In this document: positions 12,288-21,236 of the stretch, one piece after another | Layout: each line of letters opens with the position of its first letter | Numbering within the stretch: position 1 is the stretch's first letter | NCBI GenBank assembly: GCA_963758295.1 | Contig: CAVWUU010000004.1 | Span: 96,001-160,000 of the forward strand | Direction of reading: 5' to 3' | DNA: 64,000 bases | Origin: Candidatus Eremiobacteria bacterium | GTDB taxonomy: Bacteria; Vulcanimicrobiota; Vulcanimicrobiia; Vulcanimicrobiales; Vulcanimicrobiaceae | Notes under the pieces: model-generated | What the model saw: only the letters and a program-made list of their open reading frames with translations | What the model was told of the DNA's origin: nothing | Databases searched by the model: none | Made by a program: the position numbers and the translations under genes

Positions 12288-13600
12288 TGAACCACGCGAA
12301 CCCGATCGAGATCGCCAGCTTGGTGCTGTTGATCCTTTTGGCAGCCTTCTTTGCCGCCTCTGAAGCGGCCATCGTCTCTATGTCGCGGCTTCGCGCGGCA
12401 TCGATGGCCGAGCGGAACGTGCGCGGCGCCAAGGACGTCCGGCGTCTAGTGGACGACCGTAACCGGATCCTCACTTCGATTCTGGTCGCCAACACGATCG
12501 TATTGCTGGCGGCCGACTCGCTTGCCACTTACGTGGCCATCGAAATAGGAATTCCTGAAGCGGGCCTTTGGTCGACGGTCATCATGACCATCGTGTTGCT
12601 GCTGGTCGGTGAAATCATTCCGAAGACGGTCGTGACGAACGACGGCGAACGCTGGGCGCTGGTACTTGCGCGTCCCATGCGCATCATCGCGGGCATTTTG
12701 AAGCCCGTCGTGTGGGCGTTCCTGGCGATAACCAACGTGATCGTCAAACCGCTCGGCATCAAACATCCGCACCAGTTCGTGACGGAAGAAGACATTCGCG
12801 CCTTGGTCAACGTCGGCGCGGAACAGCGGGTGATCGAAGAAGAAGAACGCGAGATGATCCATTCGGTCATCGAGTTCGGCGACACGATCGTTCGGGAAGT
12901 AATGACGCCCCGCCCGGAGATGATCGCTGTTTCCATCGACGATTCGCCGCGTCGCGCACTCGACGTCGTTATCGCTGAAGGCTATTCCAAGCTGCCCGTT
13001 TACCAAGAGTCCAAAGACGATATCGTGGGCGTCGTTCACGATCGCGAGCTTTTGATCGCGCTTGCAAACGGATCGCTCGCGCACACAAGTCTGCGCTCCT
13101 TGATGCGCGCGGTAAGTCACGTTCCCGAAACGAAGAAAATCGCCGAGCTGCTGCGTGAAATGCAGCGCGACAAGTTTTCGATGGCTATCGTGGTGGACGA
13201 ATACGGCGGCACCGCCGGCCTCGTTACGATGGAAGATCTTCTGGAAGAGATCGTGGGAGAAATTCGCGACGAACACGATGTCGACGAACAAGAACCGATT
13301 TCGTTTGTCTCCGATGACGAAGCCGTTGTCGACGCAGGCGTAAACATCGAGGACGTAAACGCGAAGCTCGGGACGCGTATTCCGACTGAAGATTTCGAAA
13401 CGATCGGCGGCTACACGGTCGGACTGTTCGGGCGCCTTCCCAAAGAGGGCGAAGAGATCGAGGCCGACGAGCGTACGCGCTTGCGGGTCGATCGTACGCG
13501 CGGACGCCGCATTCTTGCGGTGCGCGTCTTCACGAGCCGTAACGGCGCTTCACACGAAGCGCACGACGAAGTCGCCGGCGAGCACGATGCCGTCTCCTGA
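12287..13600 (+). CDS. HlyC/CorC (CNNM) family transporter: DUF21 + CBS pair + CorC domain
   Basis: FFAASEAA, GEIIPK, VREVMTPR and VVDEYGGTAGLVTMEDLLEEIVGEI motifs. Confidence 0.93.
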   Translation: MNHANPIEIASLVLLILLAAFFAASEAAIVSMSRLRAASMAERNVRGAKDVRRLVDDRNRILTSILVANTIVLLAADSLATYVAIEIGIPEAGLWSTVIMTIVLLLVGEIIPKTVVTNDGERWALVLARPMRIIAGILKPVVWAFLAITNVIVKPLGIKHPHQFVTEEDIRALVNVGAEQRVIEEEEREMIHSVIEFGDTIVREVMTPRPEMIAVSIDDSPRRALDVVIAEGYSKLPVYQESKDDIVGVVHDRELLIALANGSLAHTSLRSLMRAVSHVPETKKIAELLREMQRDKFSMAIVVDEYGGTAGLVTMEDLLEEIVGEIRDEHDVDEQEPISFVSDDEAVVDAGVNIEDVNAKLGTRIPTEDFETIGGYTVGLFGRLPKEGEEIEADERTRLRVDRTRGRRILAVRVFTSRNGASHEAHDEVAGEHDAVS

Positions 13601-13985
13601 AGAATTGTTCTCGGCGGCGCGAGCGGTACGCGCTAAAGCCTACGCTCCGTATTCGAACTTCAAAGTCGGCGCTGCAGTAGAAACGGCCGATGGAACCATT
13701 GTTGCCGCGGGCAACGTGGAAAACGCCAGTTATGGCTTGTCGATCTGCGCCGAGCGCTCCGCTATCGTGTCTGCCGTCGCTCAAGGGCATCGCGAATTTC
13801 GCGCGATCGCGGTCGCGGGGCCCGAAGGCACGATGACTAGCCCATGCGGCGCCTGCCGGCAATTTCTTGCCGAGTTCAATCCGGCAATGCCGGTGTATTT
13901 TACTGCGCCCGGCGGTGAAACGCGCACGACGCTCGAGCAGTTGCTGCCGTACTCATTCGGGCCGCGAAGTCTTCAGACGAGCTAA
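13587..13985 (+). CDS. cdd: Cytidine deaminase
   Basis: AYAPYSNFKVGAA, NVENASY, CAE and PCGACRQ motifs. ATG at 13587. Confidence 0.94.
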   Translation: MPSPEELFSAARAVRAKAYAPYSNFKVGAAVETADGTIVAAGNVENASYGLSICAERSAIVSAVAQGHREFRAIAVAGPEGTMTSPCGACRQFLAEFNPAMPVYFTAPGGETRTTLEQLLPYSFGPRSLQTS

Positions 13986-13988
13986 ACG

Positions 13989-14738
13989 ATGTCGCAGGCA
14001 CGTTCGTATAAAACGCGTGCCATCGTGCTGCGCGCGCGCCCGCTCGGCGAAGCCGATCGCATCGTAACCCTCTTTACCACCGAACGCGGCAAGGTTGACG
14101 CCGTCGCAAAAGGCGTGCGGCGTGCGAAAAGCCATCTCGCCGGCCGCCTCGAATTCGGCACCGAATCCGCCCTGACGATGCACCACGGCCGATCGCTCGA
14201 CGTCATCGTTACGGCCGACATCGTGAACGCCCCGTGGGAGCGATTGGTGGATCCCGAACGGTTTTCCGTCGCGTCCCTCGTCGCGGAATTGATCGACGCG
14301 TTTTGCGAACCCGATTTGCCGCTTCCCGAGATTTACGACCTGCTGGCCGGGATGATCGGCGCCATTGCCTCGAGTGAAGCGCCGCGAGCGTTGGTCCCGC
14401 GCTTTTCATTGCGATTGCTTTCACTGCTCGGGCTCGAGCCGCCGTCGGATACGTGCGTGCGCTGCGGCGATCGCTTGGCGTCCGAACGCGCGTGGGTAGA
14501 TCCCGACGCTGCGGGACTTATCTGCGAACGCTGTCGTGAACGCTGGCGCGATCTCGTTGAACTCGATGCCGAAGACGTGCAGAATTTGGCGTCGTTAGCG
14601 GCGCCGCGTGGGCAAGGCCGCGCCTCACTCCAAGCTCGTCCGCGAGTCGCCGCCGCTATCGAAGCCATCGTCGTCCACCACTTGGGGCGGCGTCCCAAAG
14701 CGGGACTTGCGGTTGTGGACTCCGTAACGCGCGCGTAA
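13989..14738 (+). CDS. recO: DNA repair protein RecO
   Basis: GEADRIVTLFT.ERGKV.AVAKG, plus a CxxC...CxxC zinc finger. Confidence 0.93.
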   Translation: MSQARSYKTRAIVLRARPLGEADRIVTLFTTERGKVDAVAKGVRRAKSHLAGRLEFGTESALTMHHGRSLDVIVTADIVNAPWERLVDPERFSVASLVAELIDAFCEPDLPLPEIYDLLAGMIGAIASSEAPRALVPRFSLRLLSLLGLEPPSDTCVRCGDRLASERAWVDPDAAGLICERCRERWRDLVELDAEDVQNLASLAAPRGQGRASLQARPRVAAAIEAIVVHHLGRRPKAGLAVVDSVTRA

Positions 14739-14743
14739 GTCTC

Positions 14744-15166
14744 ATGTCTGTAATGGCGCTTGACGTAGGCAGCAAACGAATCGGGATTGCGGTGGCCGAC
14801 CCCACCGGATCTTTCGCGCTGCCCGTAGGAACGATCGAACGCAGCAACCTCCGCGCGGATCTTTCAAAGATCGAAGAGTATTTGGAATCGTACCTGGTGC
14901 GCGATTTGGTTGTCGGCGATCCCGTGTCGCTCTCCGGCGAACGCGGTATCGCCTCTCAAAAGATGGACGCATTCGTCGACCATCTGCGCGGTATTTTCTC
15001 CGGCACGATCCATCGGGTCGACGAGCGCATGACGACGGCACAAGTTACGAAGACGCTTATCGCGGCCGACGTCTCCCGAAAGAAGCGAAAAGGCGTCGTC
15101 GATAAGATGGCCGCTGCGCTTATCTTGGAGACCTACTTGGCTCGGCGGCGAAATCGAGCAACGTGA
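14744..15166 (+). CDS. ruvX: Holliday junction resolvase-like RuvX/YqgF
   Basis: ALDVGSKRIGIA, DERMTT and VDKMAAALIL motifs. Confidence 0.93.
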   Translation: MSVMALDVGSKRIGIAVADPTGSFALPVGTIERSNLRADLSKIEEYLESYLVRDLVVGDPVSLSGERGIASQKMDAFVDHLRGIFSGTIHRVDERMTTAQVTKTLIAADVSRKKRKGVVDKMAAALILETYLARRRNRAT

Positions 15167-16161
15167 AGAGTTTCGGGCAAATTTTCGCGACGGTAGTCGC
15201 CGTCGCGGTCGTTGTTGCGCTCTTGTGCGGCGTTTGGTTTTGGTACGGCGTTTATCGCGACCGTTCCCGGCCGGCGTCCACGACGCAAGTCATTGTGCCG
15301 CGCGGGGCAACCTTCGCCGACATCGCATCACAGCTTGCGACGAGCGGCGTCATCGGGAACGCGCTGCAGTTCCGGATCCTTGCGCGGACGCACCACGAGG
15401 ACGTAGACGTACATGCCGGTGCATACCGGTTCCCGCCGAATCAAACGGCAGCCGAAGTGCTTCAGGCTTTGCTTACAGGCGGTGCGCAGACCGCTGCATG
15501 GGTTAGCATTCCCGAGGGGTTTACCGCTCAGCAGATTGCGGAACGACTGGACGAGGCGGGCGTCGGGCAGGCCGCTGCTTTGTCGCACTACTTCTTGTCC
15601 ACGGGGCTCACCGTAGACGGCTCGCGGACCAAGAATCTCGAAGGCTATTTATTTCCCAGCACCTATCTCGTCCCACTCGATGCGACGCCGGTGCAAATCG
15701 AAAAGCAATTGACCGACGAATTCTTCAAAGAGCTGCCGCCTGACGCGCAACAACGCGCCAGGGCGCTTGGCGTTACGGTTCCGCAAGGCGTCGTGGTCGC
15801 ATCGCTCGTCGAACGCGAGGCCAAAGTCGACGCCGACCGTCCGATGATAGCGGGCGTCATCTTCAATCGATTGAAGCAAAACATGCCGCTGCAAGTCGAC
15901 GCGACGATCGAGTACGCGCTCCCGTCCCATAAAACGGACCTCTCGTTGGGTGACTTGAAGATCGACTCGCCGTACAACACCTACAAAATCACGGGCTTGC
16001 CACCGACGCCTATCGCGAATCCCGGTCGCCCGTCGCTGGAAGCGGCATTCCATCCGTCGAAGACGGATATGCTCTACTACGTGTACTGTGGAAACGGCCG
16101 GCACGTTTTCTCGAAAACTCTCGCCGAACACCGGGCCAACGTCGCTCGTTGCCTGCACTAA
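15163..16161 (+). CDS. mltG: Endolytic transglycosylase MltG
   Basis: IPEG, LEGYLFPSTY, ASLVERE, LQVDAT, SPYNTY and GLPPTPIANPG motifs. Confidence 0.94.
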   Translation: MKSFGQIFATVVAVAVVVALLCGVWFWYGVYRDRSRPASTTQVIVPRGATFADIASQLATSGVIGNALQFRILARTHHEDVDVHAGAYRFPPNQTAAEVLQALLTGGAQTAAWVSIPEGFTAQQIAERLDEAGVGQAAALSHYFLSTGLTVDGSRTKNLEGYLFPSTYLVPLDATPVQIEKQLTDEFFKELPPDAQQRARALGVTVPQGVVVASLVEREAKVDADRPMIAGVIFNRLKQNMPLQVDATIEYALPSHKTDLSLGDLKIDSPYNTYKITGLPPTPIANPGRPSLEAAFHPSKTDMLYYVYCGNGRHVFSKTLAEHRANVARCLH

Positions 16162-16185
16162 TTACCTCGAATAAGGAGCTGCTAC

Positions 16186-16488
16186 ATGTCGTCCAACAAT
16201 GGTGAAGCGAAGAGCGGACCGCTCGAACTGAGCGAAGTGCTCTACATCGAGACCAAAGACGGCGGGGAGCTGCCGTTCGAAGTGGTTGGTATTCTGGAAG
16301 ATCCCGATGACGGTACGTCTTACGCGGTGCTGATGCACGAGCCCAAAGACGACGAAGAAGCGGAGAGCGAATTCATCGTCACCGATCTCCAAGGAAACTT
16401 GCTCGAAGACGACGATCTGGCGCAGGAGATCCTCGATGAGTTCCTCGTCTTCGCAGAAGAAGCGGGCGACGAGGGAGGCGAGGCCTAA
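16186..16488 (+). CDS. DUF1292 family acidic protein
   Basis: Highly acidic 100-aa protein with F.V...E....YAVL; sits next to ruvX/mltG. Confidence 0.7.
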   Translation: MSSNNGEAKSGPLELSEVLYIETKDGGELPFEVVGILEDPDDGTSYAVLMHEPKDDEEAESEFIVTDLQGNLLEDDDLAQEILDEFLVFAEEAGDEGGEA

Positions 16489-17624
16489 TCCGCGTCCTCT
16501 TTCTCTCCGCGAGCGTCGGCGCCGGCCATCTTTCGGCCGCAAACGCCGTTTGCGCCGGTTTGCGCGAAATCGACCCCACGGTTGAAACCTTGGTGGTCGA
16601 TTCGTATAAGTATGCCGCCCTCGTCATGACGCGTGTCGTCTCCGACGGCTATCTGCGCATGGTCAAAACGATTCCTCAAATGTACCGGTACATCTACGAC
16701 CGGGCGGAGCGCGCGACCGAAGTCGGTCCGTTTCGCAATTGGGCGCATCAGTTTACCGCCGGCAATCTTCGGCCGTTGATCGAGCGCGAGCGGCCCGACG
16801 TCGTCGTCTGCACGCATGCGTTCCCGAGCGGAGCAATGGCTGAATACAAGCGCATGTACGACGATGCGCCGCCGGTCGTGGGAATCGTCACGGACTTCGC
16901 GATTCACGGCTTTTGGATTCATACGAATATCGAGGGCTATTGTGTCGCCACGCCGGCAATGCGCGACGTCCTCGTTGCGCGCGGCGTGCAACCCGACCGC
17001 ATTGAGGTCAGCGGCATTCCGGTCGATCCGCGTTTCGCGCGCTCCGGCGAATCGATCGAATCATTGCGCGAACGTTTGGGTTTGCCGCAGAATCGTCCCG
17101 TTGCTCTCATTATGGGCGGCGGCCTTGGATTCGGGCCGCTCGAGCGCATGCTGCAATCGCTCGATAACGTCGAAGCGCCGATCGCGGCCGCCGTGATTGC
17201 GGGACGAAATTCGCGCGTTGAAAAACGTGTGCTTGAAGCGGCGGAAACCGTGAAGTATCCGGTTCGTGTCTTACGCTTCGTTGGAAACGTTTTCGATTAC
17301 ATGCACGCCGCGGATGTTTTCGTTACCAAGCCCGGCGGCCTAAGTACCGCCGAAGGGCTCGCGGCAGAAGTACCGATGGTGCTTTGCAAACCGATCCCCG
17401 GACAAGAGGAGCGCAACGTGCGCGTACTCACGGAATGGGGTGCTGCACTGCGCGTGCGATCGCTCGAAGAGCTGCCGCGCGCGCTTACGACCGCACTGAC
17501 GGATTCGGGGCGTCGCAGGCGAATGATTTCAGCAGCGCGTCGCCACGGACGTCCGGACGCAGCACGCGACGCAGCGGCGCTGATCGCGCGGTTGGCCGAG
17601 GCGCGCAAGGAGGTCGTCGCATGA
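16488..17624 (+). CDS. MGDG synthase/UgtP-like glycosyltransferase (family 28); probable ATC start
   Basis: In-frame SASVGAGH upstream of the ORF-track start; CTHAF, VTDF, GIPV, TKPGG and PIPGQEERN motifs. Confidence 0.88.
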   Translation: MRVLFLSASVGAGHLSAANAVCAGLREIDPTVETLVVDSYKYAALVMTRVVSDGYLRMVKTIPQMYRYIYDRAERATEVGPFRNWAHQFTAGNLRPLIERERPDVVVCTHAFPSGAMAEYKRMYDDAPPVVGIVTDFAIHGFWIHTNIEGYCVATPAMRDVLVARGVQPDRIEVSGIPVDPRFARSGESIESLRERLGLPQNRPVALIMGGGLGFGPLERMLQSLDNVEAPIAAAVIAGRNSRVEKRVLEAAETVKYPVRVLRFVGNVFDYMHAADVFVTKPGGLSTAEGLAAEVPMVLCKPIPGQEERNVRVLTEWGAALRVRSLEELPRALTTALTDSGRRRRMISAARRHGRPDAARDAAALIARLAEARKEVVA

Positions 17625-18199
17625 AAGCTCTTCCCTCTTCCACGGCCTACGGGTTCTGGCTCGCTGTTTTGCGTCTCTACGTCGGTGCATTCTGGCTGAT
17701 GCACGGAGTGCCGAAATTCACGCAGAGCCAAACGTTTATGCCCCCCGCCGGCATGATCGTGCAATTCCTGAACAGTTCGATTCAAAACACGCACGGCGCG
17801 TATCAGACGTTTCTTACCAACGTGGTGCTGCCGAACATCAATCTTTTCGCCGAACTCGTGCGGCTTGGTGAAGTCGTTACCGGCGCATTGCTGTTCTTCG
17901 GGTTTTTCACCCGTTTCGGCGGGCTGATCGGCATGTTGCTGGCGCTGAACTACCTCACGGCTAAGGGCGATCTTTCGCACTTGAGTTCGTGGTCGGGTTT
18001 GGACGCAGCCGCGTTCGTACTTTCCGCCGTCAATGTCGTGCTGCCGACAGGACGGTTCTTCGGTGTGGACGCGCTGCTGGCGCGTTCTCGCGCCGCGCGC
18101 GCAGTGCCCGTTGTGGCCGGTGCGCCTAAGGCTGCCGGAGTTCAGGCCGAGTTCGTGGACGAACCGCCGATGACCGGACCGACTGCACCGAGTGCATAG
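17621..18199 (+). CDS. DoxX/DoxD-like membrane protein
   Basis: LRLYVG.FWL.HG..K, GE...G..L and GR.FGVD motifs; four TM segments. Confidence 0.8.
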   Translation: MKALPSSTAYGFWLAVLRLYVGAFWLMHGVPKFTQSQTFMPPAGMIVQFLNSSIQNTHGAYQTFLTNVVLPNINLFAELVRLGEVVTGALLFFGFFTRFGGLIGMLLALNYLTAKGDLSHLSSWSGLDAAAFVLSAVNVVLPTGRFFGVDALLARSRAARAVPVVAGAPKAAGVQAEFVDEPPMTGPTAPSA

Positions 18200-18276
18200 C
18201 AATCGACCGAAGTCGCTAGGGTCGCGAGCGGGTTCTGTGGTATAGTCAGCGTCGCTGTCCCGTGCAGTGACATCGG

Positions 18277-18369
18277 GGAGAGATGGCCGAGCGGCTGAAG
18301 GCGGCGGTTTGCTAAACCGTTATACGATGTAAAGTCGTATCGAGGGTTCGAATCCCTCTCTCTCCGCCA
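18277..18369 (+). tRNA. tRNA-Ser(GCT)
   Basis: GGAGAGA/TCTCTCC acceptor stem, GCT anticodon, long variable arm, encoded CCA. Confidence 0.96.
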
Positions 18370-18447
18370 CTGACGTTTGTGTAACGCAGAAGGGAATCGC
18401 GTTGCAAAGACGTATTCGGGGTGGTCGCGTCGCTCAAGGCGCTATAC

Positions 18448-18521
18448 GCGGTCGTAGCTCAATTGGATAGAGCAACAGGCTACGAACTTGTAGGTTGGGG
18501 GTTCGAGTCCCTCCGACCGCG
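18448..18521 (+). tRNA. tRNA-Arg(ACG)
   Basis: GCGGTCG/CGACCGC acceptor stem, ACG anticodon, GGTTCGAGTCC T-arm; CCA not encoded. Confidence 0.95.
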
Positions 18522-18530
18522 ATTTTAAGT

Positions 18531-18561
18531 AAAACGCCTCGCAGAAATGCGGGGCGTTTCT
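18531..18561 (+). terminator. Terminator hairpin after the tRNA pair
   Basis: AAACGCCTCGCA-GAAA-TGCGGGGCGTTT stem-loop. Confidence 0.7.
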
Positions 18562-18647
18562 GCTAAAATCGCCGATGCCTCACGCATCCTTGCGCGCGCG
18601 AGGGGGTTTTGGTAAAGTCAGGTGTCGAAACCGTTCGATGCGGTCTT

Positions 18648-18722
18648 GGCTCGGTAGCTCAGCGGTAGAGCAGGGGACTCATAAGCCCTTGGTCGGGTGT
18701 TCAAATCACCCCCGAGTCACCA
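18648..18722 (+). tRNA. tRNA-Met(CAT), probably elongator
   Basis: GGCTCGG/CCGAGTC acceptor stem with paired 1-72, CAT anticodon, encoded CCA. Confidence 0.9.
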
Positions 18723-18728
18723 ATTCAA

Positions 18729-18763
18729 GGTGACGGCCGTCAGCGTGGCGGCCGTCATCTCTT
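18729..18763 (+). terminator. Terminator-like hairpin
   Basis: GGTGACGGCCGTCA/TGGCGGCCGTCATC stem followed by pyrimidines. Confidence 0.55.
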
Positions 18764-18801
18764 GTCGGCCCTTCACGGGGTCAAGGTAATAAGGTCCTAT
18801 T

Positions 18802-19038
18802 ATGTCCACGATCCCGTGCGATTTCTGTCCGCATCCCGTCGATCGAAACCAGATGGAAGAGATCGAGATTTCGCACTACGTTCCCGACAGTTCCGGAGAC
18901 GATCTGGCTTACGCGCGTACGTATTTCTTCGGACATCCCGATTGCGTGCGCAAGTTCTATCGCGGCCTGGTCGATCACAAGCTGGATTTGTTCAAACACA
19001 TTCCCAGCACCGGGTCTGCGCCGGAGGGTCGCGAATAG
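18802..19038 (+). CDS. Small hypothetical protein with a CxxC...HxxC putative zinc site
   Basis: 78 aa; CDFC and HPDC motifs; AAGG SD upstream; fills the gap between two tRNAs. Confidence 0.65.
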   Translation: MSTIPCDFCPHPVDRNQMEEIEISHYVPDSSGDDLAYARTYFFGHPDCVRKFYRGLVDHKLDLFKHIPSTGSAPEGRE

Positions 19039-19052
19039 GACGGTACGAGCGA

Positions 19053-19126
<74 letters not shown>

Positions 19127-19134
19127 AGATTTCC

Positions 19135-19626
<492 letters not shown>

Positions 19627-19659
19627 TAACGGACGCTGTTCAAGGAACCGCGCATGCCT

Positions 19660-19750
19660 GGAGAGGTGGTCGAGTGGTTTAAGGCACCCGCCTCGAAAGC
19701 GGGCGAACCTGATGAGGGTACCGAGAGTTCGAATCTCTCCCTCTCCGCCA
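19660..19750 (+). tRNA. tRNA-Ser(CGA)
   Basis: GGAGAGG/CCTCTCC acceptor stem, CGA anticodon, long variable arm, encoded CCA. Confidence 0.95.
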
Positions 19751-19757
19751 TAAAAGA

Positions 19758-19788
19758 TGAGGGCCCGCAACGCGGGCCCTTATGTTTT
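19758..19788 (+). terminator. Rho-independent terminator
   Basis: TGAGGGCCCGC-AAC-GCGGGCCCTTA stem followed by TGTTTT. Confidence 0.7.
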
Positions 19789-19808
19789 ATGCATGCAGCG
19801 TGTGCTTG

Positions 19809-19910
19809 GAACTCTCGGTACCCTCATCGGAGGCTTTCAACGTCCCGATGGGCGCGGAGCGCACATTGGGTACCCGAGAGTTCGAATCTCTCCCTCTCCG
19901 CCATAAAAGA
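19809..19910. repeat. tRNA-Ser(CGA)-derived inverted (19809-19828) and direct (19868-19910) repeats
   Basis: 19809-19828 is the exact reverse complement of 19711-19730. 19868-19910 matches 19716-19757 with one extra C. Confidence 0.9.
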
Positions 19911-19942
19911 AAGGGGGTTATCGCCCGGCTTTTCTTATTATT

Positions 19943-19965
19943 GTCATCCTGAGCTTGTCGAAGGA
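19943..19965. repeat. REP-like short intergenic repeat, copy 2
   Basis: GTCATCCTGAGCTTGTCGAAGGA; matches 5869-5889. Confidence 0.55.
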
Positions 19966-20169
19966 CGGGCGCGCTGCGCCGTAGCTGACGGGCAAAAGAG
20001 CTCTGGCGCTCGCTTAAGGGCCCGGAGCTTGCGGCTTCATCGCAAATGGAGCCAACCGACGGCGCGATCCGAGACTTCGGACACGCTCCAGTTTCACCCA
20101 TCCCACGCTTGGATGCCCGACGGGCAAGTACGCCCGCCGTCATGCAGCGACGATAGAATTTCTAGGCCC

Positions 20170-20514
20170 ATGCTGAGTAACTGGTACAAGAAACAAAAGG
20201 CGCGTAAAGAAGCGCCGAAATTGCTGCGTTGGATCGCATTGATGCCCGCGCTAGGAGTCATCGCGATCTTTTCTGCGCGTTGGGCGCTGGAAAACATCAA
20301 CGGATTTCTCAACGCCGATCAAGCGAACTTCATGGTCGCGACGCTCGTAATGATCGCCGTGCCGTCGTTTGTGTTCGCCGGATATTGCGCCGTGAAACTC
20401 GGAAAGCTCTCGCGCCGAGTCGCAACTTCCGCTTATGGCGTTGTTGCGCTCGGACGAGGACTAGGCGAGCCTTCCAACCGCGGATCCGGCGCCGTTGCCG
20501 GAAACGTAAATTGA
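20170..20514 (+). CDS. Small hypothetical membrane protein (3' end uncertain)
   Basis: MLSNWYKKQK basic N-terminus followed by two TM helices; TAGAAT upstream. The 3' end overlaps the convergent gene. Confidence 0.55.
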   Translation: MLSNWYKKQKARKEAPKLLRWIALMPALGVIAIFSARWALENINGFLNADQANFMVATLVMIAVPSFVFAGYCAVKLGKLSRRVATSAYGVVALGRGLGEPSNRGSGAVAGNVN

Positions 20515-21178
20515 TCGTACGTAACGTCGGCGTTTATCTTAAACGTTAGCATTATGGCGTGTTGCGTTGCGCTAAACGTGCCATGCGTGAATGACCCAAT
20601 GCCCCTCGATCATCGAGTAGTCCAGCTGAATCATCTCGTCGCTTCCCGTGAGTTTCATTTCGATGCGCGACGGAAGCTGCGTTTGCGGATCTTCGATCAC
20701 TTCGCTTGGGTAAAACGCATTGTCGCCCGTGCGTGGCGTTGGATCGATGAGAAAATGCAACCGGTCCCCGGTGGAATCCGGCGCATACCGAGGTGCCCAG
20801 AACGACACATAAGGGATCATCGCATCGACGCTCGGGTCGGCCGCCGGAATCGGAAATGTGTATGGCGGGTCGCGCTGCAGCGAAATGTCGACTCGCTTCA
20901 AGTTGGCAAAGTAGCTAAACGAGAAGCGCGAGAACGGATCGAAGTACGCCACGATCGGAAACGCTTCGCCCACTCGTTCGCCTCCGTCCGGCAAATCGCG
21001 CATTACGGCAAGGTTGTCCGCGACGCGAACCGCGATCGTGCGATCGAATCTCGCGAGCCTGGCCGTTTCCCTCGACATGCGTGCGTTCGCGATAGGTCAT
21101 ATACGGCGGCGCCGTCGAGACGTACGTGTTGGCGGAACGGTTCACGAGTAGCGCCAGCGCAAGGTCCGGTGGAAGCAT
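20433..21178 (-). CDS. Hypothetical exported protein, member of the family also at 38805, 39673 and 58902 (two frameshifts)
   Basis: Stitched translation [42 protein letters not shown]. Confidence 0.6.
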
Positions 21179-21236
21179 CGCTGTGGTCGTTGCGCCCCAA
21201 AAGGGAACGCTCCTACCGCTGAAGCAGTTCGACGCA

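Noticed and set aside
18373..18413. 15-bp imperfect stem between tRNA-Ser and tRNA-Arg as a separate ncRNA
   Set aside because: It is consistent with an ordinary precursor spacer structure and shows no recognisable RNA family motif.
19966..20160. Possible riboswitch (c-di-GMP-like) in the intergenic hairpins
   Set aside because: A stem exists at about 19999-20029, but I could not place the conserved GGCAAAC/GNRA/receptor elements.
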